DNA from: Octopus sinensis
Taxonomy: Eukaryota
Direction: 5' to 3'
Assembly: GCF_006345805.1 (NCBI RefSeq)
Contig: NW_021835995.1
Coordinates: 158,795-222,794, forward strand
Length of the DNA: 64,000 nucleotides
Every line of letters begins with the position of its first letter. Position 1 is the stretch's first letter. This document shows positions 11,765 through 23,789 of the stretch, piece after piece. Under the pieces are notes generated by a model. The model ran no database searches, was not told the DNA's origin, and was given only the letters and a program-made list of their open reading frames with translations. The translations under genes and the position numbers were made by a program.

Positions 11765-13016
11765 TGCACACGCACTACTGATTTTTAAGACATAGACAGG
11801 ATGCTTGACAAATTTACAAAGAAGGGTGGTGGAGATGGGTAAATTATGACAAATCTATTTCCAGATTATTATTGGTGTATGAAAGCATAGATCACCAAGC
11901 CAGAGGGTATTGGACAACTGGCTGAAAGGTCAGGGTTTTGTATCCTGTGACGAACATAGTGTTGTAGATGAGATCAAGATGAGTAACACTCAACGTATAG
12001 TGGTAGAGTGGTATACTTCATTCAATGCTGTAAATAGTGGGAGTGTAGTAAAATTAATGAGTGCGTTATCAGTGTGATGTGCCAAGTTAAACTCATTTAT
12101 TCATGAGCTTGACTTCCAACTGTGACTACTGAGTTGTGTTAAGTGTTAATATATAATAATTATAATAATGAAATTATTGTATACAGTGCTCAGGTGCACC
12201 ACATCTTGTCAGAAAGTGCATATAAAGTACATGCAGTAATGTAGAAATGTCTGGAAAGCGAACAATGTATGAGTCAGATACATGCTTGCGTGTGTATGGA
12301 GGGGAGAAAATCAAGTGTAGTGTTGGTGAATCTCAGGAAGCATGGAAGTTTTGAAGGATGCAGTGCTCTGACAACTAACAACTGATGCCGGCAGTTTGTT
12401 CCATGCTTCAGCAACTCTCAGCGTGAAAAAATGTTTCCTGAAGTCATGAGAATCTGAATGGGAATAATTATGTGCAGAGAGAAAATAGCAGACACCATCA
12501 TCATCATTTAACATCCACTTCTCCATGTTTGCATGGGTCAGGTGGAATTTGTTGAGGCAAAGATTTTCAATTAATACATCAAAATGCCTTTCCTGTCACC
12601 AACCCTCACCGTTTCCAACAGGACAGTGGAGTCAGAGTTGGAAAAAATTAAGGGGTAGCTGGAGTCAGAGTCGATAAAACTACACCGACTCTGGTTCACA
12701 CTATCTTTATTCTTTCATATAAACCAGTTATAACATAAAGGCCTACTCAAAGTACAAGCGTATTCTTATGCTTTATGAGATATGTAGACCACAATCAATC
12801 ACTTACATAAAGAGGAGTCAGAGTCGATCTATGCTTTCGTACACCAATAATGCTCTGGAAACAGATGTCGTGATTTACCCATTTCCACCACCCTTCTTTG
12901 TAAATTTGTCAAGCATCCTGTCTATGTCTTAAAAATCAGTATTGTGTGTGTGTACATACATATATATACTGATATATATACCTGTTGAGTACTGGAAAGA
13001 CTAGTTAAGTTGGAGT
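11627..13016. repeat. Long inverted repeat (arms ~11627-11895 and ~12825-13016) enclosing CR1 and RTE tail fragments
   Basis: CCACCACCCTTCTTTGTAAATTTGTCAAGCATCCTGTCTATGTCTTAAAAATCAGTA and ATACCTGTTG..ACTGGAAAGAC occur in both orientations. Confidence 0.75.
12165..12450 (-). mobile_element. CR1 LINE 3' end (same family as 54705-56325)
   Basis: HDFRKHFFTLRVAEAWNKLPASVVSCQSTASFKTSMLPEIHQHYT* plus matching 3'UTR and ATT tail. Confidence 0.9.
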
Positions 13017-13167
13017 TGAAGTTTTTCGTTTCAACTCCACAGTCCTGGTTTCCAAGCAAGGTACTATTTCCCCATGGCCAGACAGGGAAGACTGGAAACA
13101 AACAACAATGCTTGTATAACAATGATTCTCATTTACAACCATCTCACGATGTCTAGACAAGAGCATG

Positions 13168-13199
<32 letters not shown>

Positions 13200-14022
13200 C
13201 ATATATATATGTATATATATACATATATATATGTGTATATATATATATATGTATGTGTATATATATATATATAATCCAAAAATAATATGACAGCACATCT
13301 TTGATGCAAATCTAATGAAGTAACACTCTAATGTCTAAAACTGCAAACATTACATAAATTTTTACTTTGATTTTTTAAGTAAACTGGCGTTGCAAGCAGA
13401 GTTGCTACAGAGACAATTGTAATGAATCATTAAAGATGTGTTAAAGAATGTTTTTGTCTTATTAATTGGAATATAGTTTAGTCTTTTCCACACCCACACA
13501 ACGATGTTACCATCATGAAACCAGGATGTTCTTCACTTAAAGAATTTCGGTGATAGTTTGGAATCTGGTAGTTTTGATAGCTCAGAATTTAGGGTGAGTG
13601 CTCTCTGGAAATACTCTATCTTGCCAGATCAAGATTGGAGCCTGGTGCAGCCATCTGGTTCGCCAGTCCTCAGTCAAATCATCCAACCCATGCTAGCATG
13701 GAAAGCGGACGTTAAACAATGATGATGATTATACTCAACAAGGACCAATATATTATCAGCATTAGCATCATCATCATTGATTAACATCCGTTTCCATGCT
13801 GGCATGGGTTCTCTCTTTTACTCTTTTACTTGTTTTAGTCATTTGACTGTAGCCATGCTGGAGCACTGCCTTTAGTTGAGCAAATCGACCCCAGGACTTA
13901 TTCTTTGCAAGCCTAGTACTTATTCTATTGGTCTCCTTTGCCAAACTGCTAAGTTACAAGGATGTAAACACACCAACATTGGTTGTCAAGCAATGGTGGC
14001 AGGAACAAACACACACACGCAA

Positions 14023-14072
<50 letters not shown>

Positions 14073-15533
14073 GTATATATATTGGCATTAGGAAGGGCAT
14101 CCAGCTGTAGAAACTCTGCTAGATCAAGATTGGAGCCTAGTGCAGCCATCTGGTTCGCCACTTCTCAGTCAAATCGTCCAACCCATGCTAGCATGGAAAG
14201 CAGACGTTAAACAATGATGATGATGATTATATACATACACAATGGGCTTCTTTCAGTTTCTGTCTACCAAATCCACTCAAGGCTTTGGTCGCCCAAGGCT
14301 CTAGTAGAAGACACTTGCCCAAGGATCCACACCAAACCATGTGGTTAGGAAGCAAGCTGCTTACCGCACAGCTCCTGTGCCTATATATATATATACGGGG
14401 TCAAGTGTCTTCTACTATAGCCTTAGGCTGACCACAGCCTTGTGAGTGGATTTAGTAGATGGAAACTGAAAGAAGCCTGTCATATACAATATATACATAT
14501 AATTGAGAATCAGTTGAATTAGGTACTAAAGTTTGAGCACCAAGTCAGTCCGGTATTATCCACACAGCTCATAGTAAGGTGAATAAAATCAAAATAAATA
14601 ACAGGATATCAAGAGGTGATGCAGTACAACCGTTTCAAGTGGCTCCATTTAATTGAACAATACAATCATTACATCAATTTAAATGCAGAGCTATCATCAG
14701 CTTAACAAATAAATAAAATTTTAATCAGTTGACCACATTAATATAATTTTCTCAAATACTGTAACAGAGCAAGAAGATGGAAGAAATCCATGTTGTCACT
14801 ATTGTAGTTAAGGATCGACTACACTTCCAAGAAAGGCATGAAGTCCACTGGGGTCATAGCTTGTAAAGGATTGTGGTTCATTTCTAATTTATTTGTCTTT
14901 TTATCAACTACTAGCTGACTGTGTCTGTTTAGAATGAAGGGCAAGATTGAGTTGACAGCTAGGTATGGTCATAAATATTGTCAAGACATTAGGAGCAGTA
15001 AATTAAATATAGAGTAACTGTCTATAAAAGAAGGCTGGGTAAGGGAAGACTCTAAATCCTGACGTTAATTACCAGTTAAAGGGGCAAGACGCTAATAAAA
15101 CCTATGATGTCAATACAGAGAAAATGGAGTACTATGGTGATTGTTTAAAAAACAATATTGTTATGTTGTATAAAAATAAAATTTAAGATTATCAAAAATG
15201 ATATCATAACCAAAATAGGTAAAATGTGTGTGTATATACCAATTATCAACATTAAAAATGAAAGATTACATAGAATCAATTTAATATTTGTTTATGTACT
15301 TAATTAATTACTTATTAGGTAGTTTCTATAAAGACTGCTCAGGGCATTTACTTATGGAATAACTGGAAAGTTAAACATGCTATCTATATATTAATTATAA
15401 GCCAAGAATCAGAAAGAATAGAGATGTGTACAGTTACATACACATTTATCTATGTGCACACATGCACATATACATATACACAAATATTTATATGCTTATA
15501 TGGATATAGTATAACCATCTCGCATAGACTTAA

Positions 15534-15754
15534 CCCTTTAGTGTTCAGAATACTCTGTTAAATATAATACTTTTTTTCTCAAATTGTTTTGAATTAATCA
15601 TGCATTATCTTATAGCTTTGAGGTTTCAATGATGTGATTGTTTATTTTCAGAATGGCATTGTAGGTTAGGAGTGAGAGGCTAGATATCGCCAGTTTGAAT
15701 ATAAAACATGTAGAATATATTGGGCCGGATTTGGCCGGTTTAAACATTAAAGGG
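15534..15754. mobile_element. piggyBac-type MITE
   Basis: TTAA on both sides; TIRs CCCTTTAGTGTT / AACATTAAAGGG. Confidence 0.8.
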
Positions 15755-15956
15755 TTAAGTAACTAAAAAGTATGTATTTATGAACAAGAAAGATATCAAT
15801 TTATAAGGTATAAGAAGTTAATAGGTTATGCACATATATGCACATATATACATATATAAATATTTATACGTTTATATGGATATAGTAATAACCATCTCGC
15901 AAAGACCTAAGTAGCTGAAAAATCTCTATTGATGAACAGTAACAACTTATAATGGA

Positions 15957-16320
15957 CTAGCACCATGACCCGGCAACGTCAGGTCATAGTGCTAGTGCAT
16001 GCATATACAGCTGCGTGTGTGCGCACATACACGCGAGTACTATCCAAATCTCCGACCAATCACATACAGCTAGCTGGCATTCAATTGGCATATCAAGTTT
16101 CAGGCATTTTGATTGGGTTTTGGATAGAAAATTCACAAAAAAGTCACTCCTATTGATTTTTTAATGGCTTTGCAGGGTGACTGGGGAAATGTAAAAATGT
16201 GCACAATCACCCTTGGACAGTTTTAAATGACCATAGAAAGTGCGAGCCCTCTAACTGAAAAATTGTGGATTTGTATAAAGGACACACACACAGACATTTT
16301 AACGTTTATATATAGAGAGA
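15957..16320 (-). mobile_element. Non-autonomous Helitron
   Basis: Minus strand starts A|TCTCTCTATATATAAACG and ends with a hairpin plus CTAG|T. Confidence 0.75.
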
Positions 16321-17754
16321 TAGAGATATAGAGATAAGAGGTTAATAGGTAAGGATATCAAAGTAAAAAAAAAATAAGAAGAATTTATAGAAAATAATAA
16401 GAAATATATATAACCAACATTTAAAGAGACAGGGTATTAAAATTGAGGTAGGGAAGAAATAAAGGTAACCTGAAAAGAGGAGGTAGTAGGTATGGGCATA
16501 GTGAGGGCATTTAGAGGTATTCAGACCAAAGAGATTTTATAAGTTGCAATGTTACAGATATTATTGCATATATGATTTTATAGTTTCTAGGGGGTATATA
16601 ATTAGGAGAATTACTTACATAAAAGCCATTACAAATACACATAATATAATCAGTAGGGTAGAACATCATACAAAGGAAAAAAATTGTTTAATCACCAAAA
16701 ATATGATGAAGTCAGACTAACTCGGCAGGAGTTTTCATGAGATAGTAATTATATACAGCACACCACATACCATAACATATAGCTTATAACATATGCAATG
16801 CAATTTAATTCACCATATAACTCAATATCCCATGATATCCTTTTGCTTATTTTGATTATGTATTTATGTATGTATGTATGTATGTATGTATGTATATGTT
16901 TGTGTGTGTGTGTTTGTCCCCCCATCATCGCTTGACAACCGATGTTGGTGCATTTACGTTCCCGTAACTTAGCAGTTCGGCAAAAGGAACTAATAGAATA
17001 AGTACTAGACTTACAAAGAATATGTCCTGGGATCGATTTATTCGACTAAAGGCAGTGCTCCAGCATGACCGCAGTCAAACAACTGAAACAAATAAAAGAA
17101 TAGAAGAACACACACACATGATGGGTTTTTTTTCAGGTTTTGCTTACCAAGTTCACTTGCAAATCTTTGGTTAGCCAAAGGCTAAAGCAGAAGATGTTTA
17201 CCCGAGTGCTATGCAGAAAACTGAATCCAAAACCACATGGCTAGAAAGCAAGCTTCCTAACCACACAGCCATCCCTGCACCAAGAAGTAATATCATTTTA
17301 ACATTATCAGCAAGTAGAGATAACTCTGGGTATGTTTCAATTTTATTAGACCTCTTCAGTGAAACTTAGCCTCCACCACATTGCCAGAATAATTGTTTCT
17401 AACATAGTTACAAGGCCTGAAATTTTGGGGATGATTGTTAATCAATAAATATTGATCTCAGTACTTGTCTAGTACTTTATTTCATTGACTCCCAATGGGT
17501 AATGTTTCTTTCACTGAGATTTGAGCCCAGAATGTAAAAACTGAAGGGAGTACTGCAAGGTATTTTGTCCTCTTAAGATTCTGCCAATCTGTAGATTACT
17601 TATTTTTAAAAGTTTGGTATGTATTTTGCCAGTCTCTTATACTAGACTGCTAAGCTTTGGGGGATGTAAACAAACCAACAGTTTGTAAAACAGCTGGATA
17701 TACAGATGCACACACCCACATACATACACATATCTATAAGGTATACAAATATGT

Positions 17755-17799
17755 ATATATACACACACACACACACACACACAGACAGACAGATCAATT

Positions 17800-17830
<31 letters not shown>

Positions 17831-17914
17831 TGATAGATAGACAGACAGACAGATAGATAGATAGATAGATAGACAAACAGATATATAGATACATAGATCG
17901 ATAGATAGCTAGAT

Positions 17915-17952
<38 letters not shown>

Positions 17953-18002
17953 CAGATAGACAGACAGACAGACAGATAGATAAACAACAGATATATAGAT
18001 AC

Positions 18003-18055
<53 letters not shown>

Positions 18056-18195
18056 CAGAGAGATAGACAGACAGACAAACAGACAGACAGATACACAGAC
18101 AGACAGATAGATAGGTAAATAGGTGGATAGATGGGTAGATAGATATGCGCACGCACACACACACACACACCACACACACAAACACACACACATTT
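17755..18195. repeat. Compound (CA)n/(GATA)n/(GACA)n microsatellite
   Basis: Direct inspection; source of the LSIY-type ORFs. Confidence 0.95.
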
Positions 18196-18456
18196 AAGAA
18201 TGAAAGTTGATCAAAAAGACTGATAGAATAAGCGCTACACTTACAAAATAGTAATTAGAATCAATTTGTTCGACTAAAACCCTTCAAGGCAGTGCCCCAG
18301 CATGGCCACAGTCTAATGACTGAAACAATTAAAAGATTTCGAATGCTAAAGTTGTCTTTTTCTTCTCAAGGTAAACTGTAAACCAGTTAAAATATTGTTA
18401 AGTGTCTTTTGCCATTCTCTTCACACTGCAGTGAAGAATATCAAACATTAAATAGA

Positions 18457-18615
18457 TGCAGGCATGGCTGTGTGGTAAGTAGCTTGCTTACCAACCACAT
18501 AGTTCCAAGTTCAGTCCCACTGTGTGACACCTTGGGCAAGTGTCCTCTACTATAGTCTCGGGCCAGCCAGTGCCTTGTGAGTGGATTTGGTAGGCAGAAA
18601 CTTAAAGATCCTGTC

Positions 18616-18651
<36 letters not shown>

Positions 18652-18840
18652 ATGTTTGTGTGTCTGTATTTGTTCCCCCACTGATGTTGGTATGTTACGT
18701 CCCTGTAACTTAGCGGTTCGGCAAAAGAGACTGATAGAATAAGTACTAGGCTTACAAAGAATAAGTCCTGGGGTAGATTTGTTTGATTAAAGGCAGTGCT
18801 CCAGCATGGCAGCAGTCAAATGACTGAAACCAAATAAAGG
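18457..18840 (+). mobile_element. Full-length SINE family B with CR1-group-type tail
   Basis: GCAGGCATGGCTGTGTGGTAAG head through CAGTCAAATGACTGAAAC tail. Confidence 0.88.
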
Positions 18841-19871
18841 AATTTCCAGGGATTTTAATTTATTTTTTAAATTCTTCTAAATCTTATTCTATTTAATCTT
18901 AGTAGTAGCCATTTCTCTATTTCACAGTTGGGTTTCTCTGTAAGAGGGGAAAAAAATGCCAAAATAAAATATAAGAAAATAAAAAAAAAATGAAGGAGAG
19001 GAATCAACAAGGATTGAATCACAGCCAACAGATTAATCAATGAGGGGTACATGGAATATTAAGACATTCCAAAGATTCTTTACTGACGCATGCACATACA
19101 TGCATGATTACACATATGTATGCAACATGAATACATGAATGTTGATGCTTGGTATTGTCTAGCCATCAACAAAAGAGTCTTGTCACTTTGGTAATGGTGA
19201 GGCATAGGGAACAGGCCTAATAATTATTGATTTCTTGCAGGAACATTTAAGCCCCAGAGATTTAAGGGAAATTGTAACATTAATACATTTATCATTTTGA
19301 TAATAGTGTTGCTCATGAAACAATCTTAATAAATATTGATTTATAACGTTTAACATGAGTCCATGGATATTTTTTTCTGTAAGGAAGTGCTGATAGTTGA
19401 ATTGAATCTAAGGTATGGTGGTATTTATTTCATTAATCCTGGTGGAATAAAAAGTGGATTTGACTTTGCTGAGATTTGAATCAAGAAGATAGACAAAATT
19501 AAATACTGACAGTTGTGTGCACTTTCTACCAACACTGGATTGTGATTTCTTAAACAGGTATAACGTTTATATATTTTAAGGAAACAGAGGTGCAGGTGTG
19601 GCTGTGTAGTAAGAAGCTTGCTTCCCAACCACATGGTTCCAGGTTCAGTTAAACTGTGTAGCACCTTGGGCAAGTATTTTCAATTAAGCTTCAGCCAAAT
19701 CAAAGCTTTGTGAGTAGATTTTTTTAAAGGAAAACTGAGACAACCATCACATATATATATATCGTCATCGTCATCATCATCAGCTTTCCATGGAACTGGT
19801 AAGCTAGACAGTTACACCAGGTTCCAATCTGATTTGGCATGGTTTCTATCACTGGATGCCTTTCCTAGTGC

Positions 19872-19928
<57 letters not shown>

Positions 19929-21008
19929 TTAAGAGACAGAACCTCCATTAAAGTAATTCAATTAATAGTGAAAGATATTATCTACAATAAAATATAAATT
20001 TAAATATATTATTAATATTGTACTAATAATTACTATACTAAATAATACACCTTAAATCAACGAAGTGCGATATATATATATATATATCTGTGTACATGTG
20101 TCTTTGCATGTGTGTTTGTTCCCCACCACTACTTGACAACCAGTGTTGGTGTGTTTACATCCCAGTAACTTAGTGGTTTAGCAAAAGAATGCAATAAGAA
20201 TAAGCACTAAGCTTTAATAAAAAAGTACTGGAGTCAATTCATTCGACTAAAAATTCTTCAAAGCAGTGCCCCAGCATGGCCTCACTCAAATGACTGAAAC
20301 AAGAAAAAAATTAAAGAAATAAAGAGGCTGATAGAAAAGGTACCAAACTTTAAAAAACAAGTCCTGGGGTCAATTTCTTCAATTAAGCCCTTCAGGGTTG
20401 TGCCCCAGTATGGCCAGTCAAAAGACTAAAACAAATGAAAAAAAAAAAGGAAAGAAATGCTGACACCTTTATATAAACTATGGTTTAACCCTCTTAAGTT
20501 TTACCAACAAACTCAATGGCTTCCTTTTATATAAAATATACATGATTAAATGGAAAATTTTAGCATTTCCATAAATTATTTCTTCAACAAATGTTAATTT
20601 ACATAAAATGAACATTTTTCAGTGAAAAACACCTGCTCATTATTAAGTTTTGTTGATGAAATTAAAAGACAAACAATTTTATCCATGAAAAGTATAATGA
20701 AAACAAAGTCAGTTAATCAGGCCATTTTTGTTGTTATTTGTTTTGTGCTATTTTATTAATGGAGAGCAAAACTTAAGCTTAGTCAAAAGGACTTAGTAAT
20801 TTCTTTTATTCAAATTACAAATCCGGAAATTTGTACTTGGCAAATTTTTATCTAACTATACATGCAATGTGGGTGTCTGGTTAAAAGCTTGCTTCTCAAT
20901 CATGTAGTCATGGGTTTAGTTCCACTGCACAACACTTTTGGCAAGTATCTTCCACGACAGCCCCATGGTCTGAACAAAGCCTTGTGAGTGGATATCGTAA
21001 ATGGAAAC

Positions 21009-21039
<31 letters not shown>

Positions 21040-21339
21040 TGTGTGTGTGTTGGTGTGTGTGTGTGTGTGTGTGTGGGCGATAGGGGTATGTGTATGTATG
21101 TATTTATTTGAGTGAGAAATAGCACTAACCACTGGGCCATTGTGCCTCCACCTATAGATATATATGGTACAAAAATAGAAAGAAAAAAAGAGAAAAGGTG
21201 TAATAGATTTACTCTCAGGAAAATCAGAAGTTTTTAACATTTGAAGCACTTATATTACAGATATCTGAGCTGATCATAGGGTTGAACCTGTTAGAATAAC
21301 AAAACTCTGAAAAACTGAACAGTGCTGTTGTGTGCAAGA

Positions 21340-21740
21340 AGTGGTATAAGAATGCTCCAGAAAGGTCTCCAAAAATGACAATGCAACCATGTGCCAATAC
21401 ACGCAGTTAGGAAGATCAAAGCTAATCAACCAGATATGTTCTCAAGGACCATTAAGGAAAAAAGGTCTCCCCTAATCAACATATTTCCAATAGAGGATAA
21501 TATATTTCTAACAGAAATGGAAAAAAAACTATCAAAACACAAAGATCTGGAAACAGAAATAACCAGAATGTGGGACCTGAAAACAGAAATAAATCCTATC
21601 ATAATAGGTGCTTTAGGTACAGTAAAAAATATGCAGACAAATACATAACCAAAACACCAGGACATACAAATATATACATAACATACAGAAAATAGCACTG
21701 CTAGGTTCCTCACGTCTTACATAGAACATTTTCAATCCAG
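21340..21740 (+). mobile_element. 3' fragment of an RLE-type (R4/Dong/Rex6-like) non-LTR retrotransposon
   Basis: PIH..RKIKANQPD...EKKLSKHKDLETEITRMWDLKTEINPIIIGALG...IQKIALLG matches the restriction-like endonuclease C-terminus. Confidence 0.75.
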
Positions 21741-23531
21741 TAAAAATAACAACACCAAAAGAAACCACAACACACACCCAAGGCCCACAGATCTATGTTT
21801 CAAAAGAGCAGTCAAAAAGCACGTAATAAAAGAAGACTACAAAATAATAATAATAGTGATTTTTTCTTAATAATAGAAATAATAATAATCCTTTCTACTA
21901 TAGGCACAAAGCCAGAAATTTGTGGGGAGGGGCCAAGTTGATTACATCAACCTCAGAGTTTGGTTGGTACTAAATTTATTGACACTGAAAGGATGAAAAG
22001 TAAAGTCAACCTTGGCGGAATTTGAACTCAGAACATGGAGTCAGACGAAATACTGCTAAGCACTTCATCCTGCATGTTGATGATTCTGCCAACTCGCTGC
22101 CTTAATAATAAGAAGAAAAAGAAGAATGATAACTATTTAAGGTAAATTATTGATCAGTGAGTGAATAGTAGCGAACAAATCAAAAGATAAAATACAAAAC
22201 CATGCATGAGAACTTTCTGATCATGAGAAAAGAAAAAAAGCACAAACTTCCTTATTTCCGACAGATTCATCAACAGCAACCAACCAAACCACCACAGGAC
22301 ATTCCACTCCCCACCTCCTCTCATATCAAAAATTCTAGGTCTACCACCATCAACATAGGCATGATGAAAGGTGAATCTGAAGAGATTATGAAGATGCTGG
22401 AGAGGAGTGATATATGCTGTTGTGTGCAAGAGATAAAATGGAAGGGATCCTCAAGCAAACCCTTCTGGGAAGGTAACAGCATTGGGGTAGGTGAAGTAGA
22501 CATACAACTAGCTGAGAAATAGGTAAGTTAATAGTCACTTCATTATTATGGCTGGCAATTTAAATGGAATGTTGAGCAAAAGTACAAGGTTTCAGTGTAT
22601 ACATGGAGGTAAGGGTTATAGTATGAAAGAAAAGGAGGGACCAAGGCCCTTAGTGTTTTGTGAGACAAAATTAATCATTTACAACACAAACTTTGGGAAA
22701 TCAGCAGGGCAACAGATCCCTATCAATCAAACAAATAAACTTTATTTCATCAGGAAATGGGAGAGATAGAAAATGCATTTTTCTTAATGAAGAATACACA
22801 CACAACATAAATTAGTGACTAGTCTTCAAGTTAAGAACTAGATGGACCTAGAAACAAAAAGACAATCTAGAAAACAAGAACACATGGAAGCTAAATGAGC
22901 CCTCAATTACTTGCAGAGTCAGAGAATTTCTAATGGATGCTCTTGACAGTAGGAGAAAAATGATAGAGACTTAGAACATTAAGGGCAACTGGCAGATTCT
23001 ATGGGACAACTGTTTTGAAAGATAAAAATCATATCTGTGACCAGTACAAAATTCCAGTCAAATCAAAGATGATGCAGTAGTGGAATGACATGGTAGATAG
23101 ACATAGATAGGCTTGGAAAGATTGGAAGCTGGCTAGAAAAAAGCTAAGCACAAGATATACTTAGCTAGAGAAGTGAAAATAAGATTTGTACATGATTTGC
23201 AACATCAAGGTCAGGAGCAAGAGTTGCTTTGAATAACAAGAATTTGAGGTGCCATAGGAGAGAAGTGTATTCAGAACAATAGCAGTTCACTTGACTTTAC
23301 TGTTGCTAGAAAGAAAGAAGCATGAAAGCGCTATTATGAAAGGTTATTGAATAAGGAAAATGCAAGGCAGAGAATCTACTCCAAGTAGACCCAACAAAGG
23401 ACCTGCCATCCAACTTGACCGCAGTGTAGAGTGACAGACAGAACAGTTAAATCAGTTCTATATTTAAGAGATGAGAATTTATGTACATTATTTACATTTG
23501 ACGGATATTTGTCTTCATCTTGCTTGTTGTT

Positions 23532-23577
23532 AACACAACGTTTCAGCTGATATACCCTCCAGCCTACATCAGGTGTC
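23532..23577 (-). ncRNA. Minimal type I hammerhead ribozyme motif (minus-strand arm)
   Basis: GACAC-CTGATGT-A-GGCTG...CAGCT-GAAA-CG-TT-GTGTT; palindromic ACGT helix III intact, core A9 mutated. Confidence 0.7.
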
Positions 23578-23625
23578 TTGGGGAAATTTCAAACCTGGGT
23601 TCTCATTCCTAAGGTATTTTTTCGA

Positions 23626-23673
<48 letters not shown>

Positions 23674-23743
23674 GCAGGTCACTGCCTGGAATAACATTGA
23701 AAAATACCTTAGGAATAAGAACCCAGGTTTGAAATTTCCCCAA

Positions 23744-23789
23744 GACACCTGATGAAGGCTGGAGAGTATATCAGCCGAAACATTGTGTT
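23744..23789 (+). ncRNA. Minimal type I hammerhead ribozyme motif (plus-strand arm)
   Basis: GACAC-CTGATGA-A-GGCTG(GAGAGTATAT)CAGCC-GAAA-CA-TT-GTGTT; stem I GACAC/GTGTT, 5-bp stem II; helix III ACAT versus ACGT in the other arm. Confidence 0.75.

Noticed and set aside
17325-17370. CTGAAGA...GAAA on the minus strand as a hammerhead
   Set aside because: Neither stem I nor stem II pairs.
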